A stretch of 64,000 nucleotides of DNA, taken from Azolla caroliniana (Eukaryota > Plantae > Polypodiophyta). The notes under the pieces were generated by a model. That model made no database searches and was not told the DNA's origin. It saw only the letters and a list, made by a program, of their open reading frames with translations. The stretch is from contig JBHGNT010000016.1 in NCBI GenBank assembly GCA_043228905.1, forward strand, positions 18,104,001 through 18,168,000, given 5' to 3'. Below, piece after piece: positions 47,624 to 58,790 of this stretch. How positions within the stretch are numbered: position 1 is the first letter of the stretch; every line of letters starts with the position of its first letter. Made by a program: the position numbers and the translations under genes.

Positions 47624-49606
47624 TCAGCTCTCGCCGCTGAGGGTCTCACGGTTTCGTTGCCGGCTCGTAGTACCCTCGACTTCTCTTGTTATGTTGACTT
47701 TGTCTCTCCATTTGGAGCACATCCATTCTTTCCACCCGAACCATTGTCGACATCCGATCCACCATAGTCTTCGTTCGCTTTTTGCATGGCCCGCTTGGTC
47801 CTTGTCATCCGCGGTAGTATCTTTTCTTGCCCTCTTTCTTTTCTTCATTAATCTCGACTTCTTTTCGGATTTTTGGTTTAGTCGGATTAGCTTACTTCCG
47901 ATTCAGTCTCGTCGGATCGTCTTTCGTTTAGTTCGGCTTCCTTTCCGATTTGTATTCGGTCGATCCGGACTCGGTTGATCGGTTTTTACCGATTCAGTGC
48001 TCTTTCGGGTCGGTTTCTTTTCTTTTCTTTTCGTCCGGATTTGCTTTCTTTTCTTCGTTTTCACCTGCCTTGTCCGGTTCGACTTTCGGTACTTCTTTCC
48101 GTTGTTCGCCACGTAGGTCCTCCGATATGTGCTCGTTGTTCGGTCCTCGTGTGGTTGTAATGCATGCTTCTTTTCTCGCCGTAGCGCGTGCTTCTTTATT
48201 CGCCATAACACGCGTTTCTTTATTCACCGTAGAGCGTGCTCTGTATTATGCGCTTCTCCCGTCGTAGACCCGACCTCCGCATTGTCGCACTTTCTTTTAG
48301 ATTGGAATTTCGGATGGATCATTTTCCATCCGAACCGACTTCCGACTTTACCTTCCTCGCCGCCATCTCCCGTCTCTCCGGTCTCACGTTGTTTCTCGGA
48401 CACAACCGCCGAAGTCTCTAGATATTGTTGGCATGAATCCTCGGTATTACCTTCTTTCGTAGTTTCACCCTTAGCATTCTTCTCGGCTATCTCTTCATCG
48501 TATTCGTCGGCTTCGACATTCGTTTTCTCTCCACCACCTTCCGTCTCTTCGGTCTCACGTTGCCTTTCGATCGCAACCGCCGGAGTCTCTGGAATCAGTG
48601 GTGGGGAAGTCTCGATATGGCAATCCGCCATTGATTCGTCCATAGCCACCTCCGATTCGATTTCGTCTTTTGTGGCTACCTCCTTAATCACATCCGCTTC
48701 ACACTCTTTATCTGCATCAATTATGCAAACATCTATTATGCTTACCCCTTTTTGACCCGATGTCTCGGGCACTTGTATCCCGAAATTTCCTTCTACACTT
48801 GAATTATCGGCCTTATCCTTCGCCATCGTTCTTTCACAAGACGAGTGGGTGTCTTGTTCCACTCTTTCTCCCGTGGTACCATCATGTTGTATTTCAGCCT
48901 TCATATTGACTTCATCGTTTTTCCTCAATCGACCATCCTTCATCGGCCATGTCGTTGACAAGATTCTCATCTTCCTCTCATCATGTCTCCGGCATACCCT
49001 TTCGACTTTGGCCCAATCCTCGGTAAGACCGTTCGCACCGTCATCGTCTTCGAGTTCGATCCCGATGTCCATCCTTTCTTTTCGATCGATCGATTTTACG
49101 AACATTAGGACTTTATCCTCCCCCACCAATCGTTGTTCCCGCTCCGAGAGTCGAGCAAAACGATGCTCGAACTCTAGGAATGCTTGTGTTGCACTTCGGT
49201 GGGTCTTCTCCGATGCCACCCATTCGTCGAATTCTCGCCGATCTTTTCCCTTCGATCTCTTGTAATCATATGCCTCTCGTAAAGCTTCTTCGAATGACCC
49301 CCATGTCGAGTTTTGTTGCCGTATCTTGTGGATTCTCTCTTGTAGCTCATCCGTGGCCACCCGATTGAAGGATGTCACTTGCAATCCTTCCGGTATCCCA
49401 CATCGTATCATCTCCGCCTTGTAGTCACGTAGATAGCGTGACACATCGTTTCCGTTGAATTGTCCGTTTCGTTGTACGAGCCGCTTTACTGCCCCCGTGA
49501 TCTCCGACATCACTCGTTGTTCTTGTAGCATCCGCTCGAACATCATCATCATCGTTATGCTCATTGCCTCTTGTTGATTCTCCATCTCCTTGCCACCCGC
49601 CTTCAC
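47624..49606 (-). pseudogene. Gag-like ORF of the second gag-only element (460-aa N-terminal part plus frameshifted tail)
   Basis: Shares ATQAF..FEH.F..LSEREQRLVG.DKVLMFVKSIDR, IESEVAMDES and RR.WW.G...WFGWK with the 698-aa ORF. Confidence 0.85.
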
Positions 49607-50351
49607 GTCGGGTTCACCAACTGTGTCGTGCCTTTCGGCTCCGGATCGTTGCGTGAGTCGGGTGGGAACCGCTGGGGTTTTGGACTAGGAAGAGGAGAGT
49701 TTTAAGGCTAATAAGAATATAAATATGTTGTAAGAAAGAGTTATAGCAAACTCGTGAATCCCACGAGTGTATTGTATTAGATTAATCAATATGAATATAA
49801 GAATATAAACTTCGGTTGAAAGAGAATGATATAGAATTCTCGTGAATCCCACGAGTATAGTTTATTAATTGGTGTTTTTTAGAAACATATCTAGTTTCCA
49901 AATATTTTTCACACAATTACATTGTGCTCCCCATCCTTATGTAGTGATGAGGAAGTCTTAGTAATCCATGCTTTTTCTCTAACTATAGACCCCATGCTTT
50001 TCCTATAGATAGACTATATGCTTTATCTAAAGTGATCATGTTTTTTTTCTAACTTGTGCGTTTTTTATCATGCACGCTAGATGTGTATGTGTAGCTTTTT
50101 CTTTTGTTATGCGTTTTTCTAATGTTTATCCTAGCGTGAATTTACCTTTCTATGTGGGACATCTATACTTTAACACTAATGAAATGCTAGTGTAATGGTA
50201 AGACATTACATTATTAACATGGAGGTGCAAGGTTCGAATCTTGCCCTATGCATGTTCCATTTATTTTGCTATTTTTCTTCTATTTCTTCATTTTTTATTG
50301 AATCTAATACTATATACGTTTTTCACGTAGTGTACAAAATACACTACGACA
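47665..50351 (-). mobile_element. Second gag-only non-autonomous element (diverged subfamily), 3' LTR deleted
   Basis: LTR 49624-50351 (TGTCG..CGACA), tRNA-Trp PBS, ORF homologous to 18245-20341; inserted in the gag of 43391-52194. Confidence 0.85.
50188..50245 (+). promoter_or_regulatory. tRNA-like Pol III A/B-box module in the LTR
   Basis: TAGTGTAATGG ... GTTCGAATC starting 44 nt apart; T-runs follow at about 50260-50276. Confidence 0.65.
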
Positions 50352-53300
50352 CCGCCGACGCCGAGTAGTGGACACTCTCCGCGTGGCGAGCTGCCGCTTC
50401 TTCCATTAGCAGCTTCATTCCCCCTCGTCTGATGTTCAGTTCTAGGGCCCTCCTGGTTTCGCTAGCGTGTACCCGCCCGTTCCACAGGTACACCACGTTA
50501 GACCTTACCACTTCGGTGAAATCCCCGCAGTCCTTCCAAGCATGGCTAATCGCGTCACACATGCCCGCACTGATGCCCGGCCAGAGGCCTTCGGTCACGG
50601 GTTTGTTCGCCACCGTCCCTCCATGCCTGTGCAATCTGGAGGTCCCTCACCATCTGCTCCAGCTCCTCTAGAGTCCCACCTCCGGATGGGCCCTTGACCA
50701 TGCTGGTCGAAGTCGAACCGGTCTCAAGCCAATCTTGGGTGTCCTCCCTTCACGCCGGTGGGGGTACCTCGAGCTTCCTTGCTGCAATAGAGTCTGCCCC
50801 CGCCGAGCCTTTATCGACCCATTCTCGCCGTTTGTCGAAACGGCCGCAGACTCTCTTCACCATGGCCCAGTCGGCCGTCAACCCGTCGTTAGTCTCCAAC
50901 AGGAGGCCCACTTGCTCCCGGTCCCTCACGTCCACCGATTTAACGAACAATAGGACATGACTTGTGTCGAGTATGGTCCAGTCCAGCGCCGAAAGACGCA
51001 TGAAGCGTTCTTCAAACTCCCGGAGGAGCACTGACGCGTTTCTCCCTTTCTCGGGGTTGTCCACCCATTCCATGAAGTCCTGCTTCGATAGCCGAAGTGC
51101 GTCATGAAGCCCGTATTTCTCAAGGAGCCGACCTTCAAAATCTTCCCAAGTCCGGCTCTCGGCCCGTACCTCGAGCATCTAAGCATGGATGCCCAGCATT
51201 GCCACCCGAGGGAATCCGGCCAGTCGCCTGTCCTCCGGAATGTCCCTCATCACCATTTCGGCTCAGTAGGCCTCCAAATAGCTCGTGGCGTGCTTTCCAT
51301 TGAACCGGCCTATCGTGCCGACAATTGCTTCAATAGCCCTATCGAGCGCGCATGTGCCTTTGCGCGCACTCACTATCCGATCCACAACTGCAGCCATGGC
51401 TTTTGCTAGCTCTGATCCCCTCATCTTCCTATTCCTCTACCGCCTATTCACGTCGGGTTCACCTAATATGTCACGTTGTTACGCGCGTGCATATAGAACG
51501 AGGCGGGACCACGGGGGTCTTGGACCGAGGAATAACTGATCAGGAGTAGGAGCAAGAAAGACAACGGCCGTGCTTCCACACACACACACACAGATACACA
51601 GAAACTGCAACCGAATGAAACAACGGAGACGAGATGAATGCGTATATGTCACAATAACTGCAACCGAATGGAACAACGGAGACGAGATGAATGCGTATAT
51701 GTATATATATAGTCTGATGAATAAGGGGCTACAACTAGTAGGCCGGTGAGCGATAAATCTCCTACGCCTATGCACACACACACAGAAGAGCGAGATGGAG
51801 AATCTTCCGGAAGCACTCGGGCGTTCCGCGAAGCAAACAGCCTCTTGAAACCCTGCACAGATCAAATACAAAGAAAGATCGAGGAGAAGAGTTAGGTCCC
51901 AGTCCGACAACACTTCGTCCTGGACAAAAACGATGCCCTTTACCATTCCTCTCCCTCTCTTTTATAGCCCAAGGAGAGAGGCCGTTACAACTTGTTACAT
52001 CATCTTTATTCTCTATCCTTCAGACAGAGATATTCCTCGATTTCCTACCTATCAAATCCGAGGGACCCAGGATATTCACATCAGCCGACTTGTACCTAAA
52101 TATGTACATTACAACAAAACTTGTGCCTGCGTCTAAGGGCCGGTTCGTGCACATCTTTCTCCGATTCCGCCTAGGGACAGTTTTCTCCACGGCACCAGAC
52201 AAGGTAAAACGAATCTTGCAAGCACCAGCATCAACCAACGTTAAAGAATTGAGCCCATTCTTAGGGCAAATCCGGTGGCATTTCCGGATGCTCCAACCTC
52301 TAGCAGATTTTGCAAATCCGTTGCATGCAATTGTGCACCACGTACCATTCCAATGGACAAAGCAAGAAGAGAAGGCTTATGAAGCACTGAAAGTGATGCT
52401 GCCACAGGCTCCGATGGTGCATCCTCCTCAGTGGACAAAGGATTTTTGTGTGTTTGTCGATGCACCGCACATTGCCATCGGGACTGTCGTCATGCAGCTC
52501 ATAGAGCCGAAGTGGTACTGTCAGGTATACTGTGCAAACCAGAAACTTTCAAAAGCTGAACAGAATTATTCCACAACAAAGAGAGAAGCCTTGGGAATGG
52601 TACATAGTATCACAAAGTACCACCAATATTTGTTAGGATGAAAGTTTTCATTTCATGTTGACCACTCCGCACTTGTATATTTGGTATATCCAAGGCATCA
52701 CTAACGGGAAAATTAACAAGGTGGACCTTGTTACTACAAGAATTCGAATTTGATATATACCACCAACTTGGAGTTTAGCATGTTGTAGCGGACCACTTGA
52801 GCCGGTTAGAATCCAGTGAAACAGGTGACAGGACCTGGGATGAGTTTCTAGATGCGGAATTATTCAAGGTGACCATGGAGATGGCGTTAGAGGAGATAGT
52901 AGTCGGTGAAGACAACTGGCTCACGAACATGCACCAGTTTCTGAGTTCTGAATTACCTCCGGAAGGGTTGAGCCCAAACGAACGCAAACGCCTTGCGGTC
53001 GACAACTGACATTTTTGTTTGGTTCAGGATACACTGTACCATAAGGGAGCCGACGGTATCTCGCGACACGTAGTGAGGAGTGACAATAAGGAAGCAATAT
53101 TACATTATTACATGAGGCTTACGGCAGAGTTGCCGGAGGGCACTATGCTAGAGACGCCACCGCCCGGAAAATATGGCGAAGTGGGTTATGGTGGCCAACA
53201 ACTCTCAAGGACGTAATCTGGTACTGCAAAGAGGATCACCTATACGAACGATTGGGCCAACCAACGGAGCAGGCTTGAATGCAACATCAACTGGTGCTAC

Positions 53301-54307
53301 CGTTGGAACCTTTCCATATGTGGGGGTTAGACTTTGTGGAACCATTCAAGCCGTCAACCATGCGTACCGGGATTCGGTATATTATAGTAGCCACGTACTA
53401 TTGCCCTAAATGGATGGAGGCAAAGGCGCTCCGGGACAACACTGCGTCTTCGACAACCAAGTTTCTACACGAGTATATATGGTGCCTGTATGGGTGCCCG
53501 ATCGAGCTGATTACTGACCAGGGAGGACATTTCCTTGGCCACGTTCTGGAGAACCTAACTACATTCTATGTGGTGGTTCACAAACGAAGCACGTCATATT
53601 ATCCACAGGCAAATGGATTGGCTGAATCAACAAACAAGACGCTTCAAAACACCCTCTGGAAAATTGTTAATGAGCGTGGAACGGATTGGGACACCAAATT
53701 ACATAACGCAGTATGGGCTTACCGGACGACGTATAAAACGAGTATCCAGACAACACCATTTTGGTTAGCCTTCTGTCTAGACGTAGTCATGCCCATGGAA
53801 TTTCAGATTCCCAATCTGCAGATACAAGTTCGGGATGGATTAAGCTAGAAGGAATTCGAAAGCATCCGGTTGGCGAATTTGTGTGAATTAGAGGAAGATA
53901 GTTAGTTTGTTGCAATTGGAGCTTGAGCAACGACGATGGAAAGCTTTCGTGGACCGGCACATGTGAGGTAATGAGAAGGACTTCGACATCGGCAAGCCAG
54001 TATTAGTATTTCAAACCTGGATGGGTAGCATGTCGGGGAAGCTGTGGTTCCTGTGAACCAGACCGTTCTGGATCACAAGGGAGTTCAAGGGATCCCACCA
54101 ACTTGGGATGTTAACCAGGGAAGTACTAGAGAAATGGGTAAATAGTTTCTGGCTAAAACCTTACAAAGGATCGATGCCGGTGAAGCCGTTCAAAGAACCG
54201 GAGGAACGACGGACCTAGAGAGCCGGACAAGGAATGAGGATTGGTGAAAGTCTGACGAAAATGGAGCTAGTACAACCGGGTAGTAGCGGATGACCCAACG
54301 GCACTCA

Positions 54308-54691
54308 GTGTGGCAAAAAGATTGGGCCGTACAAGAAAAAAAAAGAGAAGAAAAAAAAAGAGCGTTATCATTATAATAATAGTAGGATACACAGAGTACA
54401 CTCTCTGTATCTAGAATTTGCTCAGAGAGCACTTTTATACAAGTCCATAAAACGACTGATAGAAGTATTGACATGTACTTCAATGCTCATACGAGCGACT
54501 AACACAAACTCCCATATGCCTACGTACTAGGCTAGATTCGTAGGCCTCTAACGGCCTACCAGTTACATATAGATCTAGCTCTTTGATCGGGCTCCTGGTT
54601 GCAGATACCGATCCGAATCTTCATTCTGAACTCTGATCCGGATCTATCTTATTCAACCGATCCGGATCAGGTTGAGCTTGTCCGCTCAACA
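54308..54691. repeat. Probable LTR remnant at a rearrangement junction
   Basis: TG..CAACA, CTTTTATA and GATCCGGATC motifs resemble the Athila-like LTRs; no TSD found. Confidence 0.4.
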
Positions 54692-56593
54692 AAGGGGAAC
54701 TGGCCAAACAAGGAATTGAATTCGACTCGGCAAAGAAGAATTGACTATGCCTAATGGAGGCCGGAGATATCCTCTAAGAGAGAGAAAGCCCCCTCGAAGA
54801 TTTCCAGATGATGAGTGTGTACTGCTAACCAATGAGGGGGAGCCAGAGTGCTTCGTGGAAGCAAAGAGAAATACCCACAACCAAGATTGGTTGAGTTCCA
54901 TGCAAGACGAGATTAATTCCTTGCACAAGAACCATAGATACAAATTGACCAAGTTGCTCAAAGGGAAGAAGGCACTTCGGAATAAGTGGGTATATAAATT
55001 GAAGACGGGAGAAAGCGGGAATCCACCCAAATACAAAGCACGAATTGTCGTGAAAGGCAGCAAAAGAAGGGTGTAAATTTCAATGAAATATTTTCCCCGA
55101 TAGTAAAGATGACATCAATCTAAATAGTGATGAGCATAGCGGCAAACATGGACCTCGAAGTCGAGCAGCTAGATGTCAGTCTGCCTTCGTTCATGGAGAT
55201 TTGGAGTAAGAGATTACATGCACCAACTAGAGGGATTTGAAGAGAAAGGTAAAGAAAACCTGGTATGCCGGCAATGGTACCAAAAATTTGAATCCTTCAT
55301 GATGGATCACGGTTTTGACAAGACACAGGCCAATCATTGTGTCTTTGTTAAGAAATATGATGGAGGAGATTTTCTCGTCCTCTTGTTGTATGTTGATGAC
55401 ATGTTGATTGTTGGACAAGACCCAGAGAAAATCGGAAGTTTGAAGAAGTCCCTAAGCAAGTCATTTGCGATGAAGGATATGGGTCCAAGAAAGCAGATCC
55501 TAGGTATGCACATTGTCTAAGAAAGGACAAAGAAGTTGATATGGTTGTCACTAGAGAAATATGTGACGAAAGTGCTGTAAAGGTTCAACATGCATAATTC
55601 GAAATCGGTTGGTTTGACACTGCTAACGAACTGCAAGCTAAGAAAAGATCAATATCCGAAGACGAAAACAGAGAAAGTAGAGATGATGAAGGTTCCCTAT
55701 GCCTCGGTAGTCGGAAGCCTAATGTACGCGATGGTATGTATGAAGTCAATTTTTGCTCGTAGGAAAAGACCATGGCAAATACATTAGATGCGAAGGTTTA
55801 TAAGAATAAAGCAGAATATGAATGGTTCAAGAGTTAAAAGATGAATGAAATTGAAGAGATATAAACCTAGAGGCGTTTTTCAAAAGTACAAAAGGCAAGA
55901 AAAAAGAAAAGGAAGAAAAACGCAAGAAATTAAGCAGAAAAAGCAAGGTAGAGAAAAAAGCTCATAACTTCTTCATCTCTTATCCAAATTTCAAAAGAAA
56001 AGATTCGTAAGAAAGCTGACAAAGAGAGCTTTCTTGGATGGCAAAGCAGAAATAATGATATGAAAAAAAGAACTGCACAAACTTGAGGATATGTAAAAGA
56101 AAAGAAAAGAAAAAAGCAAGAATAACGCAACTAAAAACCTATAAATATGAGGTTATTCTTAGCTATTGAGAAAAACGGGGGATAGAAGATCTACAAGAAG
56201 AAGTGAGGAAGAAGAAGAAGATTAGAAGAAGTGAGAAGACGATTAATAGAAGAAAGACTATTTTAGTAATAGTATATTGAAGTAGTTATTTGGGGTTGTT
56301 ACTCTTGGAGTATAAGAAGATTGTATTCTTTTCTTAATAATATATTCAAGTATTCTTTTCTCTTCCTCTTCTCTTCTCTATCATTTTTCTCTCTCTCCTC
56401 ATCAGTATGAACCAGGCGAGACATTGGATATGCTATTCGTGTAGTCAGCCGATATATGACCAATCTTGGAAGAGAGCATTGGGTTGCGGTGAAATGGCTA
56501 CTTCGGTACTTGAGAGGCAACTCAAGCATGTGCCTCAGATTTGGCTCAGGTAACCCCACATTCGAAGGTTATACTGATTCGGACATGTCCGCT
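54692..56593 (+). pseudogene. Ty1/Copia RT-RNaseH fragment (second family)
   Basis: NKWVYKLK, YKARIVVKG, LLLYVDDML, YASVVGSLMYAMVC, GYTDSD. Confidence 0.9.
55739..56404. mobile_element. A-rich solo LTR inserted in the Copia RT
   Basis: TSD GTATG (55734-55738 / 56405-56409); ends ..TCATCA; TATA near 56140; the Copia sequence resumes after it. Confidence 0.75.
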
Positions 56594-58790
56594 TCAGTGA
56601 CAATAAAAACCTCGTCTATTTTCAAGACGCTCATGTGTTAAATCGACATCAAGCTCGGTGGGCCCATTTTCTCACGCGTTTCAACTTCAAAATTACATAT
56701 CGACCTAGGAAGCATCAAGGGAAAGCAGATGCATTATCATGCCGTTCATACCTAGCATCGTGTACTAGCGAGCCAACTTTCGATAACCAAAAGCAAGTAA
56801 TCTTGGGACCGGCACGACTGCAACCAACACAGGTCTTTGGCATGCCCATGGATTCCCACGTTATCAATATCATACGTGCAGACCTGACGACAAATGCTTT
56901 CGCCCAAGCTATACTAGCACAAATTAATCCCTCTCGAGCGTCATGTTCAAAGTTGCAACCACCAGGTACGGACTATCGGCAATTCAAATACCATGATGGA
57001 TTACTCTTCCTTAAAAAACTTTTGTATGTTCCTAATGGTTTCTTGCCGCCTTCGAGTAGTACAAAACTATCATGACACATATATAGCTGGGCATTTTGGT
57101 AATACTAAAACACTAGATTTAGTAGCACGATCATTCTAGTGGCCTCGTATGTGACAATTTGTCGAAGATTTTGTTCGGACTTGTGATACATGCTGCAAAG
57201 CGAAAATGCCAAGGCGTCATCCATATGGTTTATTAGAACCCTTAACAATTCCAAGCAAGTCGTGGCAATCCATTGCTCTAGACTTCATCACAGATCTTCC
57301 AGTCTCTAAGGGGTTCAATGCGATTCTAACATTGGTAGATCAATATACGAAGATGGCTCATTTCTTGCCATGAACTAAGGAAATTTCCAGTGGAAACACC
57401 GCCGAAATTGTCATGCGTGAAATATGTGGGCATCATGGACTTCCCGATAGTATCATCAGCGACCATGGACCCCAGTTCGTGTCCAAATTTTGGAAGCACC
57501 TTTTTAAAATGCTCAAGGTCACTTGTAACCTCTCCTCCGGCTACCACCCACAAACCGACGGCCAAGCCGAACGAACAAATCAAAAGCTGGAGCAGTATCT
57601 ACGGTGCTTTCTCAGCTATCATCAAGATGACTAGGCAGATATTCTCTACTTCGCCGAATTTTCCTATAATAACTCTATCCACGCATCGACTAAAGATACG
57701 CGATTTTATGCTTATACGAGATGTCACCCCCGATGGTGTGTACTTGAAACCCTAGAGGTGTGCACAAATTCTTGCGTGGAGGATCGTTTGGAGCGATTAC
57801 GCAAGATACAAGAGGATTTATCTACTCATCCCCAACAAGGTCAACAAACACACAAGGTTTATGCGGATCGTCATCAACTCCCATCCACTTTTAACATTAG
57901 AGATCGGGTATGGCTACTACGACGACACATCAAGACTACTCGCCCATGTGAGAATTTAGATTATCGGCGATTAGGTTCTTTCCATATTATAGGAAAGATT
58001 AATGATATCGCTTTTCGTCTCAATCTACCTCCGCAACTTCGGATACATCCGGTGTTTCATAGTTATCTCCTCGAACCCTATCAAGAGAGCACCATCCCAG
58101 GACGTATTACACAACCTCCACCCCCGATCGAGCTTGAAGATAAACCTGAGTACGAGGTTGCCGCCATCCTTGATTCCAAGATTGTTTGCAACAACCTCTA
58201 CTAGCTAGTTGATTGGCTAGGATATAGTCCCAGCAAGCGTACTTGGGAACCGATAGAGAATGTCAGCAATGCTCGTGCTCTTCTTGAAGACTTCCATCAT
58301 CAATATCTAGAAAACCAGGTCCTCAATCCAAAACGACTCATTACACTCGTTGTTTTAAAGGGGGGATAGTGTCATGATATGGCAAGACTCAAACCCATGA
58401 CCTTATGCTACATGGGTCGAGCTCTTGACCATTAGACCATACATTGTAATACGTAAAATATTATTTTCATTTATTCTTAGGAATATTATATTCCAGAGGT
58501 TCTTTGGAACATTCTAGAAACTTCAGGAGGATTCCTTAGAACATTATAAAAGGAGGCACAAGGCATTATTTCCAACCAAATCGGTTCAACGCCAATCTTA
58601 AGCCTCCTAGGTAGTACATTCTCTTCACATAATATATATCTTTTCTGATCATCACTCTCTCTCTCTCTCTCGATCTCTTTCTCCCTCCCTCTCACTCACT
58701 CTTTCCTTCTCTCGAGAGTTCTTCACATCTCTTAGTACTAATACTTCTTTTAGTACTAATTTCTTCTCTGTCTTAGTACTGTTCCTGACA
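56594..58790 (+). mobile_element. 5'-truncated chromovirus (RH end, INT, chromodomain) ending in the shared LTR 58370-58790
   Basis: Near-copy of 61790-63567; PPT AAAGGGGGGATAG precedes TGTCATGA. Confidence 0.9.

Larger units (their letters stand above)
43391..52194 (-). mobile_element. tRNA-Trp-primed non-chromovirus Gypsy (Phygy-like), decayed
   Basis: LTRs 43391-44118 and 51469-52194; 4-bp TSD CCGG/CCAG, and removal restores the host GIVVEP|DKVK; gag 50352-51420, RT-RH-INT 44190-47600; protease lost in a deletion. Confidence 0.93.
39465..54300 (+). mobile_element. Older Athila-like Gypsy (relative of 15248-28585), 3'-truncated and split by 43391-52194
   Basis: 5' LTR 39465 to about 39921; PBS TGGCGACCACA (tRNA-Arg-type); heavily mutated gag-PR-RT (40000-43390) and RT/RH-INT (52195-54200). 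Confidence 0.88.

Noticed and set aside
54308-54691. 3' LTR of the 39465 element
   Set aside because: It does not match LTR 39465-39921, appears to be oppositely oriented, and is not followed by the expected ATTAT TSD.
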